From: Candidatus Pacearchaeota archaeon | Lineage (GTDB): Archaea > Nanobdellota > Nanobdellia > Pacearchaeales > GW2011-AR1 | Assembly (NCBI GenBank): GCA_041649045.1 | Contig: JBAZNV010000003.1 | Location: 24,515-88,514, forward strand | Direction of reading: 5' to 3' | Length of the DNA: 64,000 bases | Shown: piece after piece, positions 16,339 through 26,420 of the stretch | Layout: each line of letters opens with the position of its first letter | Numbering within the stretch: the first letter of the stretch is position 1 | Made by a program: the position numbers and the translations under genes | The notes under the pieces: model-generated | What the model was told of the DNA's origin: nothing | Databases searched by the model: none | What the model saw: the letters and a program-made list of their open reading frames with translations, nothing else

Positions 16339-18023
16339 ATGGGGCAAAAAGAGGGAATAAAATTTGATCAGATGCGGGTTGCCTACTTTAGTATGGAAAT
16401 AGGGATTGACAGCAAAATGCCCACTTATTCTGGAGGACTTGGAGTTTTGGCAGGAGATTTGCTTAGAAGCGCTTCAGATATGAATATTCCAATAATTGGC
16501 GTGACCCTTCTTTACAAAAAAGGATACTTTAGACAAAAAATAAACGAAAACGGCTATCAAACAGAGCAGGATGAAAAATGGGAACCAGAGACTTTTTTAA
16601 AGAAATTACCAACTAAAATTAGTTTGAGAATCAAAGGGAAAGAGGTTTTTGTCTCTGCCTGGCTATATGAGCTTGAGGGCGTAACAGGAAATTTCAACCC
16701 GATTATTTTTTTGGATACTGATTTGCCAGAAAATTCTGAATATGATAGAACCATAACTCATCATTTGTATGGGAAAGACGACGAATATAGATTGTCCCAG
16801 GAAATAGTTCTTGGCATTGGTGGATTAAAAATTCTTGATAGCTTGGGATGTAGCATAGAAAAATATCATATGAACGAAGGTCACTCATCTCTCCTGTCCC
16901 TTGAGCTTTACAAAAAAGTGCCTGAAAACAAAACAGAGAACGTAAGAAAAAAATGCGTCTTTACTACGCACACACCAGTTCCAGCAGGACACGACCAATT
17001 TTCACGAGAGATGGCAGAAACACTATTAGGAGACTATCTGCCGGAAGAAATTAAAAAAGATTTGTTTTTTAATGACAAGCTTAATATGACTTATCTCGGG
17101 CTAAGATTTTCGGGTCATATAAATGGAGTCGCAAAAAAACACAAGGACGTTTCCAGGGCGATGTTCCCCGGATATAATATAGAATCAGTTACCAACGGAG
17201 TTCATTCCGTTTTTTGGACGTCACAATTTTTTAAAAAACTTTATGATAAATATATCCCGAATTGGAGAGAAGACCCATTTAATTTAAGATATATAATGGG
17301 AGTGCCCAAGGAAAAAATTTGGAACGCGCATCTTCTCGCAAAAGAAAAATTAGTAAGTTTTGTGAACAAAAATATAATCTCGATATGAGTGTTGATTCAT
17401 TCACGATAGGCTTCGCGAGAAGATCAACCAGCTACAAAAGAGGAGAACTTCTTTTGTCAGACATAGAAAAACTAAAAGGCATAGCCAAAAAATTTGAAGG
17501 AGGGATCCAGATTATTTATTCCGGCAAAGCACACCCAAGAGATACAGAAGGCAAAGAAATTATAAAAAGAATAATCGATAAAATAAAATTAATTAACGAA
17601 AAAATTAAAATTTGTTATATAGAAGATTATAATATTAGCGTGGCGAAAGTACTTGTTTCGGGAGTTGATGTTTGGCTGAACACTCCGCTTCGTCCCAAAG
17701 AAGCATCTGGTACCTCAGGGATGAAAGCTGCTCACAACGGCGTTCCTCATTTTTCAATATTAGATGGCTGGTGGCTTGAAGGGCATATAGAAAACATAAC
17801 CGGTTGGAGCATTGGCGCTCATCCTGAAAATTCTCCTGAAAATAATCAGGAAGAGGATATAGAGGATCTTTATGCAAAATTAGAGTATGTTATATTACCA
17901 ACATTTTATGAATCAAGAGACAAATGGATAGAAATTATGAGGCACACAATCGCCATCAACGCCTCTTTCTTTAACACTCATCGCATGCTCAATCAATATG
18001 TTTTGAATTCTTATTTTGAATAA
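16339..18023 (+). pseudogene. glgP: alpha-glucan (glycogen/maltodextrin) phosphorylase, GT35, split by a 1-nt frameshift
   Basis: Track ORFs 16339-17388 and 17319-18023 are the N- and C-terminal parts of one phosphorylase. The first carries AYFSMEIG..YSGGLGVLAGD. The second carries FTIGFARR..YKR and the PLP-lysine motif EASGTSGMKAAHNG. The frames overlap at 17319-17388. Adding one A to the A5 run at 17368-17372 gives a continuous ...LVSFVNKKYNLDMSVDSFTIGFARR. Confidence 0.85.
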
Positions 18024-18079
18024 TTTTGGACTTTCCAAAACCTATAAAAACCGCGAAACTCTTTTTCTGCGAGGTGAAT

Positions 18080-19090
18080 ATGAAAACAATTTTTTCAAGA
18101 GCTCCATCAAGAGTGGATTTTGCGGGAGGGACACTAGACTTACCTTTTTTTGCAGATGCCGAAAAAGGAGCAACCCTGAATTGTGCAATTTCAAAATATG
18201 GACACGTGACCCTATCTCCGAATGAAAAAGGGTTGGAAATTAATTCTATAAATTATAATAAAATAATAAAAGTTCCCTTCCCTGTAAAATACAATGGAGA
18301 TTTAGATCTAATCAAGGCAGCATTTAAATGCACAAACTTTAATCAAAAGGCGACACTCACAACTTATCACGAAATGTGTCCCCATTCAAGACTTGGCACA
18401 TCATCATCTATTTCCGTGGCTGTTCTCGGGGCGATTTATAGATATTTGGGTAAAAAAATTGACAGATATTTTATTTCAGATCTTGCGACAATGATGGAAA
18501 GACGGGAACTTGGAATGGATAACGGGCCGCAAGATCAATACGCAGCAGCATTGGGGGGAGTTCTTATGTTAAGATATAAAAAGGGCAGCAAAAAGACTTT
18601 CGTTGAACACGTGAAACTTAAAGAAGAAACAATTTTTGATTTAGAAAAAAACTTTGTACTTTGTTATCTTGATTCAGAAAAAGTCGCCGGGAACGTTAAT
18701 CATGAAACAGTAATGGGCTACAGCAACGGGAATGAACGGGTTGTAGACGCAATAAAAAACATAAAACAAATTACTTTCAGCATGTATAAGGCACTGAAAA
18801 AGTCAGATTTGCTCAATTTCTCTGAGCTAATTAACGAAGAAACTAAAAATCGTGAAAAATTAAACAAGTATATCGTGACTCCAAACTGCAAAAAATTTAT
18901 TAACATTGGTCTTAAAAACGGAGCAGCCTCAGCAAAAATTTTAGGAGCTGGCGCCGGAGGGACACTTCTTTTTTACGCTAAAGAGAATCAGCGAGAAAAA
19001 TTAATAAACACCCTTCGCAAAAACAACGGAGATGTTTTTGATTTTAGGTTTGACTTCAAGGGGCTGCAGACTTGGGGGAAAAACGAATAA
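18080..19090 (+). CDS. GHMP-family sugar kinase, HddA-like (COG2605)
   Basis: MKTIFSRAPSRVDFAGGTLDLPFF, SRLGTSSSISVA (motif 2) and ILGAGAGGTLLFYA (motif 3). Start at ATG 18080, preceded by GAGGTG; the track start is 18026. Confidence 0.8.
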   Translation: MKTIFSRAPSRVDFAGGTLDLPFFADAEKGATLNCAISKYGHVTLSPNEKGLEINSINYNKIIKVPFPVKYNGDLDLIKAAFKCTNFNQKATLTTYHEMCPHSRLGTSSSISVAVLGAIYRYLGKKIDRYFISDLATMMERRELGMDNGPQDQYAAALGGVLMLRYKKGSKKTFVEHVKLKEETIFDLEKNFVLCYLDSEKVAGNVNHETVMGYSNGNERVVDAIKNIKQITFSMYKALKKSDLLNFSELINEETKNREKLNKYIVTPNCKKFINIGLKNGAASAKILGAGAGGTLLFYAKENQREKLINTLRKNNGDVFDFRFDFKGLQTWGKNE

Positions 19091-19179
19091 AAAATAAAAT
19101 TATTGTAAAACATTAAATAAAAATAAAACCCTATAGATATCTGCAGACAACTTTCTTCTAAAATTATTTTATAATTTTC

Positions 19180-20862
19180 TTAATTGCCTATTTTCTCAAC
19201 TAATTCAATGAACATTGCAGCACTAAATGCCTGGCAAGCTGCACCCTCAGACTTTAAAGTTGATGCCGAACTTAACTCAGAATGATTGCCAATTGCACCA
19301 GAAAATAAAATTTCTTCAATACTTGCATCCAAAATTTTTTCTATATACTGACAATATTTTTTCTTATTTAAGTCCGACAACACCAGCCCCGCCAAATTAT
19401 TTATCCAAAACCAGCTATCTCCATTATGATAACTCCCTGCAATTTCCCCAGTATAATCTCTTTTGAAGAACTCGTCCTTTCTCGACAAACTTGAAAGCCC
19501 GCCCCAATCACACCATAATTCCACAAGTTCATTGTCGACAACCCTCTCCCATTCTTTCTTTGTCAAAAGTTCAGGATAAAAATAATAAACAATAAAAATA
19601 TTCGGCCTGATTCTTTTGTCGTCAGCATCATAAAGGAAATTTCCGTCAAAATATTTTTCTCTGACTTTTTGTTTGAATAGCTTTTCTTTTTCACTGTATA
19701 TATTTTTATTGTCCAGTTTACTCGCTAATTTAAAAATATATAATTTCATTGCCTGAACTTCAATTCCGTTTTTTCTGTAAATCGAATCCATCCAAGATTC
19801 ATTTCCTGTGTCAATAAATTCCAAATCTAAAAATGAAAAAAATCTCTTTATTTTTTCTCTGTTTTCATGTAATATTTCTGGGAAAATTTCAAGTCTTTTA
19901 AACATCCATCCGACACCATCAATTGACCTTCCGTCAAAACTGCCATCAATTTTTTCTTTTGAATTTATCGCAAATTCTCCCCCAATTAAATTAACCCACT
20001 TTTTCATTATTTTTTCAGAAAGTTTCTTATCAATTCCGTAAAACGCCTTGAGAGAAATCAATTCATCTCTTGCCCAGTATTGGAAAAACCACGGGAATCC
20101 TGCGAAAATTCCTTTCTTTGTGCCAAGTCCATCAAGCATGATTCTCGCAGAATTGTAAGCCATCCGCATTTTGCCTTTAAAAAAAGCATTGCTGTCTTTT
20201 TTAATTCGAGTCATTTTTTCTTTTTCGAATTCCTTTCTACGCCTAAAAATTTCCGCAGATTCTTTCATGGCGTTTTCTCGATCATTAGAAAATGAAAAAA
20301 CAATTTTTTTCGCACCTATTTTCCCCGGAGAATAAACATATCTTTCACAGGGATAAGAATTCCTCCCCTTGTCATAACTATAAAATCGGCAAAATGTTTT
20401 CTCATTTTTTTCAAATTTCCCTTCGAAATATGCAACAAGATAATAATTTTCCCCATGATAATTCATTTTTACAATTATCCCATTTTCAAATTCTTCAAAA
20501 AAATAATTTGCATAGTCGTTCGCATATGCTTCTCTAAAATCTAAAAAAAATTCCGTATCACTATTAGATTCATAAACCAAGCTATTCTTGAAATCAGGCA
20601 TCAAAACCTTTTCTCGTCCTTTCTCGCCATCCCCTCTCTCAACGCAAAAAAACTTATTTTCAATTTTATTAAATCCACTTTTCCCAAAAGATTCAATTAT
20701 CCTAAAAAACTTGCCATCGCAAGGCAAAAAAAATCCTTGATATCTGGAATTTATTTTATCTCCCATCCAAATATACCCGCCGTTTTTATTTGTCATCATA
20801 AAACTTGCATCTTCAGCATTTCCTTCGATTTTTTCCTTCCCCAAAGAATGGACTATTTTCAT
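19180..20862 (-). CDS. glycogen debranching enzyme (amylo-alpha-1,6-glucosidase, archaeal GDE type)
   Basis: 560 aa. GFPWFFQYWARDELISL and YHNGDSWFWINNLAGLVL are characteristic of the GDE_C (alpha/alpha)6 domain. Confidence 0.82.
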   Translation of the reverse strand: MKIVHSLGKEKIEGNAEDASFMMTNKNGGYIWMGDKINSRYQGFFLPCDGKFFRIIESFGKSGFNKIENKFFCVERGDGEKGREKVLMPDFKNSLVYESNSDTEFFLDFREAYANDYANYFFEEFENGIIVKMNYHGENYYLVAYFEGKFEKNEKTFCRFYSYDKGRNSYPCERYVYSPGKIGAKKIVFSFSNDRENAMKESAEIFRRRKEFEKEKMTRIKKDSNAFFKGKMRMAYNSARIMLDGLGTKKGIFAGFPWFFQYWARDELISLKAFYGIDKKLSEKIMKKWVNLIGGEFAINSKEKIDGSFDGRSIDGVGWMFKRLEIFPEILHENREKIKRFFSFLDLEFIDTGNESWMDSIYRKNGIEVQAMKLYIFKLASKLDNKNIYSEKEKLFKQKVREKYFDGNFLYDADDKRIRPNIFIVYYFYPELLTKKEWERVVDNELVELWCDWGGLSSLSRKDEFFKRDYTGEIAGSYHNGDSWFWINNLAGLVLSDLNKKKYCQYIEKILDASIEEILFSGAIGNHSELSSASTLKSEGAACQAFSAAMFIELVEKIGN

Positions 20863-21722
20863 AATAAAAATAAGGAAGCCGCTCCAAGTGCAGGCGCATG
20901 CCTCACTTTAGATATTTTTATTTCACACGGTTTAAAATAAACTCTTTTTTTGACCTCTTCTTTCGTCTTATCGAGAAATAAATCCGATGCATGCGAAATA
21001 CTCCCGAGAATTGTCACAATTTCAGGATCAGCCATCTTTATAATATCACTTATTCCAATTCCAAGATATACGCCAACTTTTTCATAAATTCCCCTTGCCT
21101 TTATATTCCCCTTTCTCGCAAGCTGTTCAATCTCAAAAGGAGAATCAGCCTTCAACTTTTCTTCTTTGGCGAATCTCATAATTCCTCTCCCTGCACAATA
21201 TTCTTCAAGACAACCAGTGTTCCCACAATTGCATTTTCGACCATAAGGCACAACACTCAAATGCCCAATTTCTGCCGCACATCCTCGTCCAATATACAAT
21301 TTGCCATCAGCAATCATCCCACCCCCAACGCCAGTTCCGACAGTAAGAGTAACAATATTTTTCTTCCCCTTCCCATACCCAAACAAATATTCTGCAACGG
21401 CCATGCAATTTCCATCGTTTTCCATTTTTATCGGGACTCGAAATTCTTTCCAAATTCTTTTACCAATATTAAAATTTTTTATATGCATATTCGGCATATC
21501 CAAAACAATTCCCTTTTTTCTGTCGACACATCCCGGGAACCCCATCCCAATTCCATGAATTTTTCTCCCTTCAGAAAGCTTCTTTATCATTAATATAAGT
21601 TGTTTAGTCATTCCCTTCTTCGTCTTTTGCGTGGGTTCCTTTATTTGCTCAACTATTTTATTTTTGTTGTCTAAAAGAAGCCCGTCAATCTTCGTTGCAC
21701 CCACATCAATCCCTATTAACAT
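20859..21722 (-). CDS. ROK-family glucokinase
   Basis: MLIGIDVGATKI (ATPase N-terminus), ENDGNCMAVAE, and the ROK zinc motif GHLSV...KCNCGNTGCLEEYCAG. Confidence 0.85.
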   Translation of the reverse strand: MLIGIDVGATKIDGLLLDNKNKIVEQIKEPTQKTKKGMTKQLILMIKKLSEGRKIHGIGMGFPGCVDRKKGIVLDMPNMHIKNFNIGKRIWKEFRVPIKMENDGNCMAVAEYLFGYGKGKKNIVTLTVGTGVGGGMIADGKLYIGRGCAAEIGHLSVVPYGRKCNCGNTGCLEEYCAGRGIMRFAKEEKLKADSPFEIEQLARKGNIKARGIYEKVGVYLGIGISDIIKMADPEIVTILGSISHASDLFLDKTKEEVKKRVYFKPCEIKISKVRHAPALGAASLFLL

Positions 21723-21811
21723 TCATCACCTCAAACCTAATCACACAACTTTCTTTAAATAGTTTTTCAAAATTAAATTAAACTTATAAACTTCTCTTTC
21801 TTCCAAAAATC

Positions 21812-22249
21812 ATGGGAGAGGATGATAAGATTGTTTTAAATATTCTTAATGAAATTCAGGACAAACATGGCTATATCTCAGAAAACTTATTAAAACAAAC
21901 AAGTGAACAATTGAATATCCCTATTGCACGCCTTTGGGGGGTCGTCAATTTTCATACAATGCTCAGAACAAAAAAACAAGGAAAATATATAATCGAACTT
22001 TGCGGTTCGCCTTCATGCGTTCTGAGTGAAAGTCGCGAAATAGAAAATTTTTTGAAGAAAGAACTTAATATTGACATTGGTGAAACGACTACTGACGGAT
22101 TATTTTCCGTTTACAAGACTTCTTGTATCGGTTGCTGTAACGAAGCCCCGGCGATGCTTCTAAACAACGAACCTTACACTAATCTGACAACCGACATTGT
22201 AAAAAAAATAATCGAGGAAAAAAGAAATGCAAATTCTAAGAGAAACTAA
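21812..22249 (+). CDS. hydC: NuoE-like [2Fe-2S] subunit of a [FeFe]-hydrogenase complex (HydC-like)
   Basis: 145 aa. Thioredoxin-like 2Fe-2S pattern CGSPSC ... CIGCC (C-x4-C ... C-x3-C). Confidence 0.85.
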   Translation: MGEDDKIVLNILNEIQDKHGYISENLLKQTSEQLNIPIARLWGVVNFHTMLRTKKQGKYIIELCGSPSCVLSESREIENFLKKELNIDIGETTTDGLFSVYKTSCIGCCNEAPAMLLNNEPYTNLTTDIVKKIIEEKRNANSKRN

Positions 22250-23345
22250 ACTTGAATCTTTGAAAAAAGCAAAAGAAATTGGGAGAGAATCTGCCCTGCA
22301 AATTTTGGAAAAAAAAGGTTTAGTTGGCAGAGGAGGGGCGGCATTTCCGACAGCGAAAAAATGGAGAATGGCCTTGAATGTGAAATCAAAAACACGATAT
22401 CTCATCTGTAACGCAGATGAAGGAGAACCTGGGACTTTCAAAGACAGATTTATTTTAAAAAACAATCCGGAAACATTTATCGAAGGAATTCTCGTTGCTG
22501 CTTTCATTCTCGATGTGAAAAAATGTTTTATTTATTTAAGAGGGGAATATAATTTTTTAAGAAAAGATTTGGAGGAAAAAATTTCTGAGCTTCTAAAAAA
22601 ATCAAAAATGAAAATAAAAATTGATATTGTTAGGGGGTCTGGAGCTTATATATGTGGTGAAGAAACAGCCATAATCCAGTCTATCATGGGATTCAGAGGA
22701 AATGCTATGCAAAAACCACCATACCCAACAATAAAAGGCCTTTGGGGGAAGCCGACAGTGATAAACAACGTCGAGACCTTAACGTGCGTGGCACAGGCAT
22801 TATTTTACAACGATTGGAATCCTAATATCAGATTGTTTTCTATTTCGGGTGACGTTGAACATCCCGGCCTCTATGAATGGGAACTGGGGGTCAAAATTTC
22901 GACAATTCTCGACACAGTTAAACCAGAAAACGGGAAGGTCAAGGCGATGTCTTTTGGATGTTTTGGCGGAATAATGCCCGTCAAAAAAACTGAGGCAATC
23001 AGCTCCGAATCCATCTGTAAAAACAATTGCCATCACGGAGCATTTACTATTATTTTTATTGGCGAAGACAAAAATATTTTAGATATGTGTTTGAGTATCT
23101 CCAAATTTTATACTTACGAATCTTGCGGCAAATGTACGCCTTGTCGCGAAGGAACAATTAGAATACTTAACCTTCTGAAAAAAATCAGGGACAAAAGGGC
23201 AATAAAAGAAGACCTGAATTTTCTTAAAGATTTGGCGAATCACATTCAGGAAACCAGTTTGTGCGGTCTCGGCCAATCCTGTGGTAATCATGTTTTAACA
23301 GCGATGAACTTTTTCAGGGAGGATTTTGAAAAATTTTTAAAATGA
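22227..23345 (+). CDS. hydB: NuoF-like FMN/NAD(H)-binding subunit (HydB-like, core only)
   Basis: 372 aa. GLVGRGGAAFPTAKKW (FMN site), CNADEGEPGTFKDR (NADH site), ESCGKCTPCREG ... SLCGLGQS (N3-type 4Fe-4S). No N- or C-terminal ferredoxin-like extensions. Confidence 0.87.
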   Translation: MQILRETKLESLKKAKEIGRESALQILEKKGLVGRGGAAFPTAKKWRMALNVKSKTRYLICNADEGEPGTFKDRFILKNNPETFIEGILVAAFILDVKKCFIYLRGEYNFLRKDLEEKISELLKKSKMKIKIDIVRGSGAYICGEETAIIQSIMGFRGNAMQKPPYPTIKGLWGKPTVINNVETLTCVAQALFYNDWNPNIRLFSISGDVEHPGLYEWELGVKISTILDTVKPENGKVKAMSFGCFGGIMPVKKTEAISSESICKNNCHHGAFTIIFIGEDKNILDMCLSISKFYTYESCGKCTPCREGTIRILNLLKKIRDKRAIKEDLNFLKDLANHIQETSLCGLGQSCGNHVLTAMNFFREDFEKFLK

Positions 23346-25009
23346 AAATAACATTAAACAACAAACAAATAGAAGCTCCGGAAAGAAAAACGATTTTGCA
23401 GATTTGCGAATTAAACGGGATAAAAATTCCAACTCTTTGTTATCATAAAAATCTTTTTCCCGAAGCAAGATGTCGAATTTGTTTAGTTGAAATGAACGGG
23501 AAATTAGTAACCGCATGTTCAACAATTCCATCGGAAAATTGCAAGATTTTAACAAATACTTCCAGGGTGATAAAAGCAAGGAAAGCAAACTTGCAGCTGA
23601 TGAACCCCCAGATTAATCCTAATAAATTAACCGACGATTTTGAAGCGAAAGAAATTTATGAACAAGTTGGTCTCGATTACGAGGAATTTAGTCCGATAAA
23701 AAATTACAAACCGGATTTAGGCTCAGCAATTATAAGAGATAACAACAAATGCATAAATTGTGGTAAATGCGTTCAGGTATGCAGTAAAATTCAGGAAATT
23801 TATGCAATCGATTTTTCAAGCCGTGCGCATAACGAACACGTGACTCCATATTGTGAAAAAAATCTGGCAGACGTTGCATGTATAAAATGCGGGCAGTGTC
23901 TGATTAACTGCCCCGTCGGAGCAATTTCCGAGCGTTCACATCTTGAAGAAGTTGAAAAAGCCTTGAAGGATAAAACAAAACATGTCGTCGCGCAAACAGC
24001 TCCGTCAATTAGAGCAGCACTTGGGGAACTTTTCCAGATGGAACCCGGAAGTTTGGTAACTGGGAAAATGATTGCCGCACTAAGAAAATGTGGTTTCGCA
24101 AAAGTTTTCGACGTGGATCTCGGAGCCGATATGACAATTATGGAAGAATCTGCGGAATTTTTACGAAGACTAAAAAATAAAGAAACTTTCCCAATGATAA
24201 CGACTTGTTGCCCTGGTTGGATTTTAATGATGGAATATTTTTACCACGATCTTTTCCCTAATATGTCGACCTGCAAAAGCCCGCACGAAATGTCGGGAAT
24301 GCTAATAAAATCATTCTATGCCGAAAAGGCAAACATCGATCCAAAAAAAATCGTTGTCGTCAGCATAATGCCTTGTACCGCAAAAAAATTTGAATCCACG
24401 CGCAAAGAACTTAATACCGGAGTCGATTATGTTTTAACTACAAGAGAACTCGGACGGCTAATAAAGAAAAAAAATATCGACTTTATTAATTTAAAAAACG
24501 AAGAGTTTGATCCCACTCTGGGAATTTCATCCGGCGCAGGAGATATTTTTGGGACTGCTGGAGGAGTAATGGAAGCCGCATTAAGAACTGTATACGAAAC
24601 AGCAACTGGGAAAAAGTTAAGTAAATTAGAAATCAGGCCCCTAAGAAAAAATAAAGGAATAAAAGAAGGTAAAATAGTAATTAACGGGGAAACAATAAGA
24701 TACGCGGCAGCCAGCGGCGGAGCAAATATCAGAAAACTTCTCAAGAATAAAGACAAATACCATTTTATAGAAATGATGGCATGCCCAGGAGGATGCGTCG
24801 GTGGTGGCGGTCAGCCAATATATTTTGATTCAGATGTTTTAAAAAAAAGAGGCGAAGCCTTGTATAAACAAGACTCGATGAAAAAATTTAGAAGAAGCCA
24901 TGAAAACCCGATAGTCAAAGAAATCTATAAAGAATATTTGGGAAAGCCATTGAGTAAAAAAGCAGAAGAGCTTTTGCATACGAATTATAAAAAAAGAAGT
25001 AAATTCTAA
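23342..25009 (+). CDS. hydA: [FeFe]-hydrogenase catalytic subunit
   Basis: 555 aa. N-terminal 2Fe-2S (C-x10-C-x2-C-x11-C), two 4Fe-4S motifs (CINCGKCVQVC, CIKCGQCLINCP). All three H-cluster signatures are present: TTCCPGW (24200-24220), MPCTAKKFE (24368-24394) and EMMACPGGCVGGGGQP (24770-24817). ATGA overlap with hydB. Confidence 0.92.
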   Translation: MKITLNNKQIEAPERKTILQICELNGIKIPTLCYHKNLFPEARCRICLVEMNGKLVTACSTIPSENCKILTNTSRVIKARKANLQLMNPQINPNKLTDDFEAKEIYEQVGLDYEEFSPIKNYKPDLGSAIIRDNNKCINCGKCVQVCSKIQEIYAIDFSSRAHNEHVTPYCEKNLADVACIKCGQCLINCPVGAISERSHLEEVEKALKDKTKHVVAQTAPSIRAALGELFQMEPGSLVTGKMIAALRKCGFAKVFDVDLGADMTIMEESAEFLRRLKNKETFPMITTCCPGWILMMEYFYHDLFPNMSTCKSPHEMSGMLIKSFYAEKANIDPKKIVVVSIMPCTAKKFESTRKELNTGVDYVLTTRELGRLIKKKNIDFINLKNEEFDPTLGISSGAGDIFGTAGGVMEAALRTVYETATGKKLSKLEIRPLRKNKGIKEGKIVINGETIRYAAASGGANIRKLLKNKDKYHFIEMMACPGGCVGGGGQPIYFDSDVLKKRGEALYKQDSMKKFRRSHENPIVKEIYKEYLGKPLSKKAEELLHTNYKKRSKF

Positions 25010-25632
25010 TTCATTATTTTATTTAGTGCTTTATCAGGATTTTTCGTGGTTGCAATTGCCGAAGATACGGCAATCCCCGACGCTCCGAGCTCCATTGCTA
25101 TTTGAACATCTTTAGCCGAATGAATTCCTGCACCAACCAAAAATTCTCTTCCGATTTCTTTTCTTATTTTCTTTATCACTTCAGGCTTCGCCTTTGAAAC
25201 CGAAATTTTTGTACCAACAAATTCTGGCGGTTCATAAACCAAATAATCTGGATTTAATTTTTTTTCATCTTTTGCTTCACGAAGATTTGAAGCAAAAATC
25301 AAAACCTTAAGTCCAATTTCTCGGCACCTTTTTACAGTTTTTTTCAACTCTTCAAAATTTATTTTATGCTCGGAATGATTAAGAAAAACACCAATTGCTC
25401 CATTGGCCTTTACTGCCTCAGGTAAAATAAACCCCGTCGCCTTTCCCCTTTCTTCACAATCAACATGTTGGGCAAAAACCATTAATTTCGTTTTACTGCT
25501 AACTGCAAAAATATCAGCGGCGCTTACCCCGACAATTATTTTTTTATCGAATTTCTCAATTTTTTTCGCAAGTTCTACAGCACTTTTTCCTTCAACATAA
25601 GTTTTAAAATTTACAACAATTATCGGTTTCAT
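25006..25632 (-). CDS. tpiA: triosephosphate isomerase (short archaeal type)
   Basis: 208 aa. VVNFKTY, LNHSEH, YEPPEFVGT and VGAGI match archaeal TIM. The stop (TAG) overlaps the hydA stop convergently. Confidence 0.85.
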   Translation of the reverse strand: MKPIIVVNFKTYVEGKSAVELAKKIEKFDKKIIVGVSAADIFAVSSKTKLMVFAQHVDCEERGKATGFILPEAVKANGAIGVFLNHSEHKINFEELKKTVKRCREIGLKVLIFASNLREAKDEKKLNPDYLVYEPPEFVGTKISVSKAKPEVIKKIRKEIGREFLVGAGIHSAKDVQIAMELGASGIAVSSAIATTKNPDKALNKIMN

Positions 25633-26405
25633 TTCCAGATTACTTTTTTTATTTGATTGGATATATTAATTGGATCAGAATCTTGCCAAACATTCCTCCC
25701 GACTGCAAGTCCGGTCGCACCAACGTCAATAATCTCCTTTGTCTGACCAAGAAATTCTTTCCTATCTTTTTTTGCCCCACCCGCAATCACAACTCTTGCC
25801 CTTCCCGCAGCCCTAACTGCTCTTGCCAAATCATCCTTATTCCCGCAATACCGAATTTTTATAATATCAGCTCCTATTTCAAGTCCAACCCTGCAAGCAT
25901 AAATCATTAAATCAGGATTATTCTCGTTTCTTACATCTTTTCCTCTGGGATAAATCCATGCGACAACAGCGAGTCCTTTTTTGTGAGCCTCTTCTTGTAT
26001 CTTCTCAAATTCAGACAGCATATCGCTTTCATTTCTCGAGCCAATATATATTGTATATCCAACTCCCTTAGCCCCAAGCATTATTGCTTCTTCAACACTG
26101 CAAAGTTGACGCGACATTGGTTCCCCTTTGTACAAAGAGGTCTTCCCATTTAATTTAACAATCAGCGGCACACCCGCTTTTTTTATTTCCTTGTTATATT
26201 TTTCTGCAATCCCTTTCTGAAAAATCACGGCATTATATTTCCCTTTCTTCGCAATATCAATTATAAACAGCGGATCAATATTTTTATCATTAAAATCACT
26301 TGGCCCATGTTCAAGTCCCTGGTCGTAAGCAAGCATCATCGTCTTGCCCTTTTTGAAAAACAGATTTAAATTTTTCGGACCTCTCTCCATCTTTTTTAAA
26401 TACAC
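25629..26405 (-). CDS. class I fructose-bisphosphate aldolase, archaeal DhnA/FbaB type (COG1830)
   Basis: 258 aa. MLAYDQGLEHGP, VKLNGKT, GADIIKIRY (Schiff-base Lys region) and GLAVGRNVWQ. Confidence 0.8.
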   Translation of the reverse strand: MYLKKMERGPKNLNLFFKKGKTMMLAYDQGLEHGPSDFNDKNIDPLFIIDIAKKGKYNAVIFQKGIAEKYNKEIKKAGVPLIVKLNGKTSLYKGEPMSRQLCSVEEAIMLGAKGVGYTIYIGSRNESDMLSEFEKIQEEAHKKGLAVVAWIYPRGKDVRNENNPDLMIYACRVGLEIGADIIKIRYCGNKDDLARAVRAAGRARVVIAGGAKKDRKEFLGQTKEIIDVGATGLAVGRNVWQDSDPINISNQIKKVIWK

Positions 26406-26420
26406 AAGAAGATTATAAAT

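Noticed and set aside
17319-17388. Programmed ribosomal frameshift in glgP.
   Set aside because: I found no recognisable slippery heptamer plus downstream structure. The lesion is a single-nucleotide length difference in an A5 homopolymer. A sequencing error or mutation is more parsimonious, and I kept the case only as a finding to check.
23342-25009. The 555-aa protein as a NuoG subunit of a respiratory complex I, given the adjacent NuoE/NuoF-like genes.
   Set aside because: The C-terminal two thirds carry the three H-cluster signatures of [FeFe]-hydrogenases rather than the molybdopterin-like NuoG domain. No other nuo genes are present.
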